Assembly (NCBI GenBank): GCA_051530055.1
Contig: CM121343.1
Coordinates: forward strand, 5,736,389-5,800,388
Reading direction: 5' to 3'
DNA: 64,000 bases
Source: Neoechinorhynchus agilis
Taxonomy: Eukaryota > Animalia > Acanthocephala
Numbering within the stretch: position 1 is the stretch's first letter; each line of letters begins with the position of its first letter. The notes beneath the pieces are model-generated. The model did no database searches. It saw only the letters and a list, made by a program, of their open reading frames with translations, and was not told the DNA's origin. This document shows positions 36,281 to 46,331 of this stretch, in pieces. A program made the position numbers and the translations under genes.

Positions 36281-36336
36281 AAATACAGCTATTCTTTCCT
36301 CAGATTTTATCAGATTTAAAAAGTTGCAAAACTTAG
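35666..36336 (+). pseudogene. pygo: Truncated pygopus copy lacking the PHD finger
   Basis: Identical N-terminal coding sequence; the frame diverges after APNEQ and stops at 36334-36336. Confidence 0.75.
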
Positions 36337-36687
36337 CAAATGAGCGTTAGATTTCAAGGAAACACAAACGCTCACACTCACATGCACTAACACTCACATA
36401 AACTCATGCTCACATACACTTTGCAATATTTTTTTCAAATCGATTGCTTTCCCGGGTTCCCGCGAGTCAAAACGAAAACAATAATGTCGTTTGTTTTGTG
36501 ACCAGAATTGATAAAATGATTCAAAATCAGTCGAAATATACCTTCGTCTTTAATAGTATCTCTCGGGTGTCGTAGACAAGCGACCTAAATAACAAAAAAT
36601 CTAACCACACCCGAATGTAATCCTCAATAATAATAATAATAATAAAAAGAGCAATCTTTGCTTACTCGATGGCCGTAGACCGGACGG

Positions 36688-39514
36688 CTCAAACTCAGCT
36701 CCTACTCTCCTTCTCTCTCCTATTCTTCATTTAGGATTCAGTGGTCTCAAGAAACTAAATTTATCCGTATAACAGTACAACAGTTTGCATGTGAAATAAA
36801 AAAGGGGTCGTTTACTGGTCTTATTTAGCAAAATGACCGAAACGAACAAAAAGAAATGTATGATTCTCAAACGTAATTTTAAGAGAGGGAGAGAATGGGT
36901 ATTAAGGAGCTTAGAGATCACTCAAAATCAGCTCCTACTCTTCTTCTCTCTCCTATTCTTCATTTAGGATTCAGTAGAGTCTCAAGCAACTAAATTTATC
37001 CGTATAACAGTACAACAGTTTGCATGTGAAATAAAAAAGGGGTCGTTTACTGGTCTTATTTAGCAAAATGACCGAAACGAACAAAAAGAAATGTATGATT
37101 CTCAAACGTAATTTTAAGAGAGGGAGAGAATGGGTATTAAGGAGCTTAGAGATCACTCAAAATCAGCTCCTACTCTTCTTCTATATCCTATTCTTCATTT
37201 AGGATTCAGTAGAGTCTCAAGCAACTAAATTTATCCGTATAACAGTACAACAGTTTGCATGTGAAATAAAAAAGTGGTCGTTTACTGGTCTTATTTAAAA
37301 ATGACCGAAACGAACAAAAAGAAATGTGATTCTCAAACGTAATTTTAAGAGAGGGAGAGAATGGGTATTAAGGAGCTTAGAGATCACTCAAATCAGCTCC
37401 TACTCTTCTTCTCTCTCCTATTCTTCATTTAGGATTCAGTGGTCTCAAGCAACTAAATTTATCCGTATAAAGTACAACAGTTTGCATGTGAAATAAAAAA
37501 AGGGGTCGTTTACTGGTCTTATTTAGCAAAATGACCGAAACGAACAAAAAGATATGATTCTCAAACGTAATTTTAAGAGAGGGAGAGAATGGGTATTAAG
37601 GAGCTTAGAGATCACTCAAAATCAGCTCCTACTCTCCTTCTCTCTCCTATTCTTCATTTAGGATTCAGTAGAGTCTCAAGCAACTAAATTTATCCGTATA
37701 ACAGTACAACAGTTTGCATGTGAAATAAAAAAGGGGTCGTTTACTGGTCTTATTTAGCAAAATGACCGAAACGGACAAAAAGAAATGTATGATTCTCAAA
37801 CGTAATTTTAAGAAAGAGGGAGAGAATGGGTATTAAGGAGCTTAGAGATCACTCAAAATCAGCTCCTACTCTTCTTCTCTCTCCTATTCTTCATTTAGGA
37901 TTCAGTAGAGTCTCAAGCAACTAAATTTATCCGTATAACAGTACAACAGTTTGCATGTGAAATAAAAAAGGGGTCGTTTACTGGTCTTATTTAGCAAAAT
38001 GATCGAAACGGACAAAAAGAAATGTATGATTCTCAAACGTAATTTTAAGAAAGAGGGAGAGAATGGGTATTAAGGAGCTTAGAGATCACTCAAAATCAGC
38101 TCCTACTCTCCTTCTCTCTCCTATTCTTCATTTAGGATTCAGTAGAGTCTCAAGCAACTAAATTTATCCGTATAACAGTACAACAGTTTGCATGTGAAAT
38201 AAAAAAGGGGTCGTTTACTGGTCTTATTTAGCAAAATGATCGAAACGGACAAAAAGAAATGTATGATTCTCAAACGTAATTTTAAGAAAGAGGGAGAGAA
38301 TGGGTATTAAGGAGCTTAGAGATCACTCAAAATCAGCTCCTACTCTCCTTCTCTCTCCTATTCTTCATTTAGGATTCAGTAGTCTCAGGCAACTAAATTT
38401 ATCCGTATAACAGTACAACAGTTTGCATGTGAAATAAAAAAGGGGTCGTTTACTGGTCTTATTTAGCAAAATGACCGAAACGAACAAAAAGAAATGTATG
38501 ATTCTCAAACGTAATTTTAAGAAGAGGGAGAGAATGGGTATTAAGGAGCTTAGAGATCACTCAAAATCAGCTCCTACTCTCCTTCTCTCTCCTATTCTTC
38601 ATTTAGGATTCAGTAGAGTCTCAAGCAACTAAATTTATCCGTATAACAGTACAACAGTTTGCATGTGAAATAAAAAAGGGGTCGTTTACTGGTCTTATTT
38701 AGCAAAATGATCGAAACGGACAAAAAGAAATGTATGATTCTCAAACGTAATTTTAAGAAGAGGGAGAGAATGGGTATTAAGGAGTTTAGAGATCACTCAA
38801 AATCAGCTCCTACTCTCCTTCTCTTCCTATTCTTCATTTAGGATTCAGTGGTCTCAAGCAACTAAATTTATCCGTATAACAGTACAACAGTTTGCATGTG
38901 AAATAAAAAAGGGGTCGTTTACTGGTCTTATTTAGCAAAATGACCGAAACGGACAAAAAGAAATGTATGATTCTCAAACGTAATTTTAAGAGAGGGAGAA
39001 TGGGTATTAAGGAGCTTAGAGATCACTCAAAATCAGCTCCTACTCTCCTTCTCTCTCCTATTCTTCATTTAGGATTCAGTAGAGTCTCAAGCAACTAAAT
39101 TTATCCGTATAACAGTACAACAGTTTGCATGTGAAATAAAAAAGGGGTCGTTTACTGGTCTTATTTAGCAAAATGATCGAAACGGACAAAAAGAAATGTA
39201 TGATTCTCAAACGTAATTTTAAGAAAGAGGGAGAGGATGGGTATTAAGGAGTTTAGAGATCACTCAAAATCAGCTCCTACTCTTCTTCTATATCCTATTC
39301 TTTATTTAGGATTCAGTAGAGTCTCAAGCAACTAAATTTATCCGTATAACAGTACAACAGTTTGCATGTGAAATAAAAAAGGGGTCGTTTACTGGTCTTA
39401 TTTAGCAAAATGATCGAAACGGACAAAAAGAAATGTATGATTCTAAAGGGTAGTTTTAAGAAAGAGAGGGAGAGAATGGGTATTAAAGAGCCTAGACATC
39501 GTTCAAACTCAGCT
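36688..39514. repeat. Tandem array, 12 x ~235 bp
   Basis: CTCAAA(A/C)TCAGCTCCTACTCT recurs every 228-237 bp. Confidence 0.97.
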
Positions 39515-39820
39515 ACGTCAAACGTCCTCGTGGGTTCATTTTTGAGATGGAATGGAGCGCGTGAGAAAGTGTGCGGTTCGTTCGAAGGACATCGACAGGT
39601 TCACATACCTCGGATCATTCATCTCAGTTGAAGGCTATTTACAATACGAAGTGTCATCGAGAATAAGCGCTGCCTGGACTAATTGGTGATCGACAACCGT
39701 TGTACGTTGCGACCGCAGAATAAAAGACGGCCTAAAGTCGAATGTATACAGGAGAGTAATCCGACCTGTAGAAGAGATCCGCTTCATAATGTTATGAGAA
39801 AGGATCACGTCATGGTTGAG

Positions 39821-40545
39821 GACAAGCGATCAATGGCGGCAATATTGACAACAGATTTTCCCAAGGTAAAGAGCAATAATGTTTCAATTAAAAAGTTATC
39901 ATCATTAGTTTTATCGAAAAATACCGCGGGCGCTTCCATAACATCAGGAGTATCCAGAAGATTTTCAAATTGCAGTAATCGCTAAGGGACCGGAAATGAG
40001 ATCAGCTTTAAATGATTATAAAGAATGATAACGTTGTGGGCCAAGACAAGCGACAAATGCGGGCAATATTGACAACAGACTTTACCAAGGTAAAGAGCTA
40101 TAATTTTATAATGGAAAAGTTTGAAAGGCCGATGATTGAATAGGCAAGCCGCACAAAACATTTGTTTAATCGAAAAGGAGCGCGAAATCTCTTATTATCT
40201 AAGGAATGTATAGTAAATTATCGACTCGTAGTAACCGACATGGGGATAGAGAGGAGTCCAACCTTAAATGGCTATAAAAAATGAGTCTTAGATCAAGACA
40301 AGCGACAAATGCGGACAGTCTAAAGAAAAGATTCTCTTACCGGTAAAAGGCCATAATTTTACATTTAGAGAGTTTGACAAGCTGAAAATTTAGTAGAGGA
40401 GCCGCGCAAAACATTTGTTTAATCGAAAAACAGCGCGAAATCTCTTATTATCCAAAGAATGTAGAGTAAATTATCAACTCGTAGTAACCGACATGGGAAA
40501 AGAAATGAGTCCAGCCTTTAATGGTTATAAAAAATGAGTCTTAGG
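39821..40545. repeat. Old, diverged tandem repeat, ~3 x 225-250 bp (a further decayed copy at ~40740-40940)
   Basis: GACAAGCGA at 39821, 40045 and 40297, with collinear downstream similarity. Confidence 0.8.
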
Positions 40546-41161
40546 TACAGCTCACAGGAAAATCTCATATCTACCTCAGGTTCTTTATACTAAATATAAG
40601 GAATTCAAAATTTTGGAAAGTGAGTTCAGGGTATCAATGTTATTTTAATCGCTTTTCTGAACCAGATTGGTAGGCGATGTGCCCAATGAAAAATAAATTA
40701 TCAACCATGAAAATGGCCATTCATAGATAGATACTGAAAAGTTACCGGCTGGCCAGACTTCAAAAATAGATCTCATTTTCCAAAGAAAATAAATTAGTTT
40801 AATCAAAAAGAGCGATCTCTTCTAAAATTTCAGGAATATCCATCAGATTTTAAACAGGTAGTAATCGAAAAAGGGATAGAAAAGAAATCCGTTTCATATT
40901 GTTACAGAAAATGATAACCTCGCAGGTCAAGACAAACGGAATGCTCTCTAAAAAATGACTAAAATGTGAGCAGAAACGTTATTGGTGAATAAGCGGGCGA
41001 ATGGGGGTATAGCGATTGTTTCGCTGTGCACTTAGGCGAGCTAAACGGATTCATTCGATGTCGCGTAATTTTTTGCTATAAAAAATTGCGCTCCGAAAAA
41101 CGATCAAAATAATCAAGATTCCATCGATCCGGGTCCTCCGGATGATCGTGGAGGGAAGAAG

Positions 41162-41990
41162 ATGGATGTGGATAATGTTCAATATAAGGTTAGTGAAGTA
41201 ACAGTTGATGTCGAGAGGTATAACAAGGTTGTGGAAGGTAATAGGGAGGTAATGTTGAAGGATAACGTCATGGAGGAGGTGGTTTTAGAGAGTAATGGGT
41301 CGTCGGCTCCCTCCCACCACGGTGAATGTTCTGATTCAGTATTTAGAGGTGTTTTTTTGGGTTGCCAGAAGGAGAGATGATTTTGTTTTGAAGATTAATA
41401 AAGAGGATTTAGGAGATTTGACGAAGATTTATTTTTCGGAAGGTTTGAAACCTAATAACTTTAGGGGTGACAGAAGGTATTAGATTAAAAAATGTTTTAG
41501 GACCAAGTGGGCGGTGCTAATGATTTTCTTGGAAGTTGAAGGAATGAAACTATTTGAGGAGCTTCTTCGCTGTAAAAATGTTAAGTATAAAAATATATCA
41601 AGGAAAGTATCAGTTTTGGTGTTAAACCCTCCGCCGAATATGTCGAAAGATGAGTTTATATTATTTCAAAACACTTTTGGCCTTGTGCCAATTAAATATT
41701 GGGAAAGGAGTCCTTCTTCTGGGCCTTATGCTTTACTTGTATCGGGCTCGGAGGATGAGGTAGACAAGGTCCAGGGAAGATATTTTGGGTTTATGGTATA
41801 TTGGATTAATTTCGTATCCCGCCAATCGGAGCCGATCTGTGATTACGTTTTAACTCAATGCACAAATTGTTGTATTTCCAATGTGCCAGTCAGGCAGCGC
41901 TGAGTTATTGGAAGATGGCGAAGCCGGGTAATTATAATAGTTGGTTTGAACGGAAGGTGGAAAAGGTGAATTGTAGTAATATGGGGGAAA
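41162..41990 (+). mobile_element. Possible decayed LINE ORF1 (gag-like, RRM / pre-C2HC region)
   Basis: VLNPPPNMSKDEFILFQNTFG...QCTNC resembles the I/Jockey ORF1 pattern; broken into several frames. Confidence 0.3.
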
Positions 41991-42069
41991 ATGGTCTTCA
42001 AGGAGAGGATAAGGTTAGGAGAAATAGTTTTCAGGTCGAAGATAAGGTTAAGGAGAAGTTGGAAATACT

Positions 42070-42395
42070 TAAAGAGAGGGTTGGAACGGCCGTTACATCA
42101 ACGTATCACGGAGCACGTTCGTAGCGCGTTAAATCCGGACGCAAAATCGTACATAGCCACACCCTGGGCAAAGCACCACGCCGAGCACCACCGTGATGGA
42201 AAAGTGGAGATGACCACCCAAGTCAGGTTTGTGGCACGAGACCCCGTAGAGCTCTCGATTGCCGAGGCGTTATTGATATCCCGGGCGGTAGGGAGGGAAA
42301 GAGATAATGGGTCGGTCACCGATGAAGCGAGGAAAGTACCTCGGGAATTGCTCAACAAACGGGACGAGCTATCCGCTTCAATGTCACTGTTATGA
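42070..42395 (+). mobile_element. Penelope-like element 3' remnant: GIY-YIG endonuclease C-terminal half
   Basis: RPLHQRITEH...PWAKHHAEHH...SIAEALLI...LLNKRDEL; abrupt rise in GC relative to upstream sequence. Confidence 0.85.
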
Positions 42396-42424
42396 GTCTC
42401 ACTTCTCCACTTCACCATTGTAGA

Positions 42425-42459
42425 TCCCTGAAGATACCGTTAAACGGCGAAAGCTTGGG
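42425..42459 (+). ncRNA. Minimal type I hammerhead in the PLE 3' pLTR position (A10.1-C11.1 mismatch)
   Basis: UCC-CUGAAGA-U-ACCG-UUAAA-CGGC-GAAA-GC-UU-GGG, about 30 nt after the GIY-YIG stop; palindromic AAGCUU stem III. Confidence 0.75.
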
Positions 42460-43587
42460 AAAACAAAAGACTAATAAATCAGTGCGCCGATTGTCAGACA
42501 AAATTAAAGGGGGAAAAAACTCGAGAAGGATAAAATAATTTGTAATTTATTAAATATGGTTGCTTTGGTCAAGAAGACGGAAGAGAAATTGATGATGGGT
42601 AAGAGGTGTGCTTCAGGTGAAAAAGAGGATGAACCTGGTAATAAGGAGGATGGGTTGTCATCGTCTGGCCCGATTAGAAAGATGGACAGGCATCCCCAAG
42701 AAGCTTCTTGGTCGGATTCAGTTTTTAATGGAATCAAAGGCATATTTTCTAGGTCTTTTTTATTCTAAGTTAGGGGTTCCACCGTTATGTCCGACATAAT
42801 TTTTAATTGGTAAGATTGGTATTCTTAGGAAACTGAAGTTCTTTTTTATTTTTCATAAGAAAAAAGAAGTTTTATGTTGCATAGTGGATTCGGTGCTATG
42901 TAAACTTGACGAGTGCTTAAAGGATGCGAATCTAAGGTCCCTTTGACTGATTCCAATGTGGCTCATAAGCAGTTATATGCTAAATTTTTAGAGGATCCGC
43001 GCCCCCTGAAATGATGAAGGTTGCTTGGGATAAACTTTCCTTCTACTAGAAGAAGAGTTGTCTTCAGGATCTACATTTCTCAAAGTTGCAGTAATTGGGA
43101 AAAGGATCAGGTGGTTGGGATTATGAAGACGATTCTGGCTGGTTCATTCTGCTTTTTTGGGAGACGAAAGTCGCCAGAGTTGCAAATTGATTTTGGGAAC
43201 ATCAATAGGACAATCGTTTTTATGGCGTATTTTTATAACAAAGATCTGAAAATGAGAACTGGAAAAGATATTCTATGAATGATGAACATACGTTCAATGA
43301 GATTGTGAGGCGACTGAAAAGACGAGGCAGGGAGAAAGTGGATTCTTGGAAAAAGAACGGGCTCTGAATTTTTTACACGTATCCCCCCAATATTATTTGT
43401 TCTTTTGGGTTGCTACATAGAAGCCGAGACAGGGAATATCAATTTAGTTACTTCCTGATCTCGAGATTCAGAGATCAGCAATTCATCGGATCAGGGTCAA
43501 ATGGATGGTGTGTGGCAGTGAATATGTGTACGAACCACTAAATAAAAAAAATACGCAAACCCGAACTATGCAATAGTGAATAAAAAA

Positions 43588-43632
43588 ATTAGGTGACTGA
43601 TGAGACTTCCATTTTCGAAATATCTCTTTAAT
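43588..43632 (+). ncRNA. Candidate minimal hammerhead related to the C1 relic
   Basis: AUUAGG(U)GA-CUGAUGA-GA-CUUCCAUUU-UC-GAAA-UA-UC-UCUUUAAU; stem II is only 2 bp; antisense to a 141-aa ORF (43483-43908). Confidence 0.45.
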
Positions 43633-43859
43633 CAACGAAATAAGTTCTGGGATTTCCCAAGGATTTTTCGATATGATTATAGAACAATATCCGGGCGATT
43701 GATGCCATTTTTGGATATAAGAGTTGTTCATTGAGAAGCGAAAGACGTTCATAATTCCGATTGTTCTCAATGGAAGCACTGATCCACAATAAATCCACAC
43801 TGCATTTTTCTTTGGTTGAACAGCTTTTTGGTAACTGGTAAATTGTCCAATAGAAATTC

Positions 43860-46229
43860 TTGAATACCCTTTTACCACTAAAATGGGTCCATGACGTTTT
43901 ATGGCCAATATTTGACGTAAGTGACGAATCGAAGCATCATTCTTCCGGCTACGGGATTGTCAGTTTCGTCCTACTCAAATTCGATTTGAGCGTTTCTCTC
44001 CATTTCCGTAGAGAATCCAAGATGTATTTCGGTCAGAACCCAACTGCGATCGGAGCAGCCGCCGATGGTGGTGATGGTGGTGATGGTTTTAGCGAGCAAG
44101 GATGGGATGAGACTCAGCCGGTACGTGAGTCCCCCCGCCGTAGCCGTCGTGCCCATAACACCGAGATAATAACGAATTATAAGATATGGAAACAATGTAG
44201 TCCTTATTTTTACGATTACATGATGACCCAGTGCCTTTTGACGACCAGTTATACATTTCAGTGGCTGCCAACTCCGGCGCAAAGGGTGACGGATGCAGTC
44301 AGGGACGTTGCGGTGAGTGAGAGTTCCATAAATGTTCCGAAACACGACAGTGAGATGACCTACAGCGTTCAAGAAGGTTTACTTGGCACCAGCTACGATT
44401 CCGCGTCACCATTATCCTCGGCATCAAACGGAGTGCTCAAAGCTAAGTTTATGATTGAAGACGATAGTTATGTTCGGTTACAGGACGTAGCAAGGTACCG
44501 AACGTTTAACCAAGCAAATGCGACCATTCCTGGCTCTGGGGGTGGTATAAACTCATCACTTAGTAAGATGACTGTTCGTTATGTGGCAAAGTGTAAAGAT
44601 AGCATCTCTCTAATTAGATACATGCCCCAGAATCCAAAAATCATATTGGCAAGGACTCAAAAAAAGGAGATTCCGATCTTTGAATTGAGTTCAGACGATG
44701 ATAACAAGAATGAATGCGTTGAAACCCCAACTGCGTATCTCATCGGGCATACCTTGGATGGATATGGTGCTTGTTTTCATCCTTCGGTTACCGGCCAGGT
44801 AGCCGGATGCTCAAGAGATAGGTCGGTCATCGTATGGGATATAAATTCATCAATCCGCCGTAAATGGACTGAAGATTTCACCATGCATACGTCCAACAAT
44901 ACGTCATACATTGAGCCAACGGCTCGATTTTTCAACCACTCAATCGCCGTCTGTGACGTTAAAATCAATCCACTGTGTGCCAGTGTCTTGGGTAGCGTTG
45001 GGGCCGATGGACGATTAGCAATTCAGGATGTAAGGGATCGAGATTACGCTCACGTTACTGTGGCTCATGCATTCTGTGCAAACGCGCTTGACTTTTCGCC
45101 CTTCAACGAATACGTGGTAGCCACCGGATCAAACGATTGCACAGTTGGTGTTTGGGATCTTCGAAACCTCTCTAACGCTCTTGTAAGACTCCGTGGTCAT
45201 GCAGATGACGTTTTGCAGGTCAAGTGGTCCCCTCATATTCCCTGCATACTGATGTCATCATCTGTGGACCGGACCGTTAATCTGTGGAACCTCGGCTCTA
45301 ACAGCCCTGACAACTCTCCATATCAGCAGCAATTTCAACAACAGCAACGACGACAAAAGAACTTGGGAGGTCAGACTGAAGAACAAAGAGCCATCCTTAA
45401 GTTTTCTCGGCATCTCATGTTCGTCCACGGAGGTCACACTGCTCGTGTTAATGACACCGATTTCAATCCAAACATGGAATTCCTGGTAGCAAGTACGTGT
45501 GCTGCTAATATCTTACAAATTTGGAGGATCTCAGATCACTTGTTTGGTAAGAGTTTAATCGATACATATGGTGATCAGTTTCCATGCGTAATGGATTTGC
45601 CCAAAGCTGCCCCAATGATTGGTACCCCGGGAATAAGTCACCAAAAATCCACACAAGTTCATCAAAAGCAGCCGGTACAACCATCAACTCCGCCTATTGT
45701 TTCCCCAACGCGACGGGGGTTCCATTTGGTTCCTATTCAGGCTAGCACTCCGAAAGCCAGTACAAGTACGACAGGACGTTCCCAAATACCGCAATCAGCG
45801 CTAAAACGGCGACGACAAGGAGAAAATACGGAACGTGTAAAGAAATCCGTTAGTTTTAGACTGGAGGTGCCGCGTGAAGGTACAGAGCAATCTGAAACCC
45901 ATAAGATTGTCCGACCTGGTGACGCTTCCCCGATATCCAATGCTCCACCGGGCACCCTAGTTGATGAAGAATACGACGATAGCGTCTTTAGAAGTGAATT
46001 CGGTGGGGAAATTCGAACCGAAGAACGTAATGATACTAGCGAGGATGTACAAGAGGGCTTTGCCGAAAAAGAGCAGTCGGAGGATACTCCTAGACCCGTA
46101 TTTACCGCAGAGGAAGAGCAGCAGATGCTGCTCACTCTGAGTGAGATTGAGACGGATTTAAAGATGGAGCCGACTGACGGAACTGGCAGTGATTCAAAAA
46201 CTGACACAAAAAAGGATGATGCTGTATGA
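43860..46229 (+). CDS. RBBP4: RBBP4/7 (RbAp46/48, CAF-1 p55)-like WD40 protein with a long C-terminal extension, intronless; first ATG at 44022
   Basis: YKIWK..SPYFYD.MMT...FQWLP; FSPFNEYVVATGS.D.TV.VWDLRNL; VHGGHTARVND.DFNPN. Confidence 0.9.
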   Translation: MNTLLPLKWVHDVLWPIFDVSDESKHHSSGYGIVSFVLLKFDLSVSLHFRRESKMYFGQNPTAIGAAADGGDGGDGFSEQGWDETQPVRESPRRSRRAHNTEIITNYKIWKQCSPYFYDYMMTQCLLTTSYTFQWLPTPAQRVTDAVRDVAVSESSINVPKHDSEMTYSVQEGLLGTSYDSASPLSSASNGVLKAKFMIEDDSYVRLQDVARYRTFNQANATIPGSGGGINSSLSKMTVRYVAKCKDSISLIRYMPQNPKIILARTQKKEIPIFELSSDDDNKNECVETPTAYLIGHTLDGYGACFHPSVTGQVAGCSRDRSVIVWDINSSIRRKWTEDFTMHTSNNTSYIEPTARFFNHSIAVCDVKINPLCASVLGSVGADGRLAIQDVRDRDYAHVTVAHAFCANALDFSPFNEYVVATGSNDCTVGVWDLRNLSNALVRLRGHADDVLQVKWSPHIPCILMSSSVDRTVNLWNLGSNSPDNSPYQQQFQQQQRRQKNLGGQTEEQRAILKFSRHLMFVHGGHTARVNDTDFNPNMEFLVASTCAANILQIWRISDHLFGKSLIDTYGDQFPCVMDLPKAAPMIGTPGISHQKSTQVHQKQPVQPSTPPIVSPTRRGFHLVPIQASTPKASTSTTGRSQIPQSALKRRRQGENTERVKKSVSFRLEVPREGTEQSETHKIVRPGDASPISNAPPGTLVDEEYDDSVFRSEFGGEIRTEERNDTSEDVQEGFAEKEQSEDTPRPVFTAEEEQQMLLTLSEIETDLKMEPTDGTGSDSKTDTKKDDAV

Positions 46230-46331
46230 TTGTGACTGAAGAAAAAGGAAGTCAACTGAAAATCAAAGGTGCTCGTATTTATGTTACACATGGGCGATTC
46301 GCTTCTTGAGGTTCGCACGACGCCCGTTTGC

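Noticed and set aside
43030-43075. Minus-strand CUGAAGA...CUUCU/AGAAG...GAAA hammerhead candidate
   Set aside because: Five extra nucleotides before stem II and no stem I pairing.
42500-43400. Short ORFs between the PLE relic and RBBP4
   Set aside because: Frequent stops in all frames and no identifiable family.
46232-46268. CUGAAGA...GAAA just after the RBBP4 stop
   Set aside because: No stem II, and the stem III/NUH geometry does not fit.
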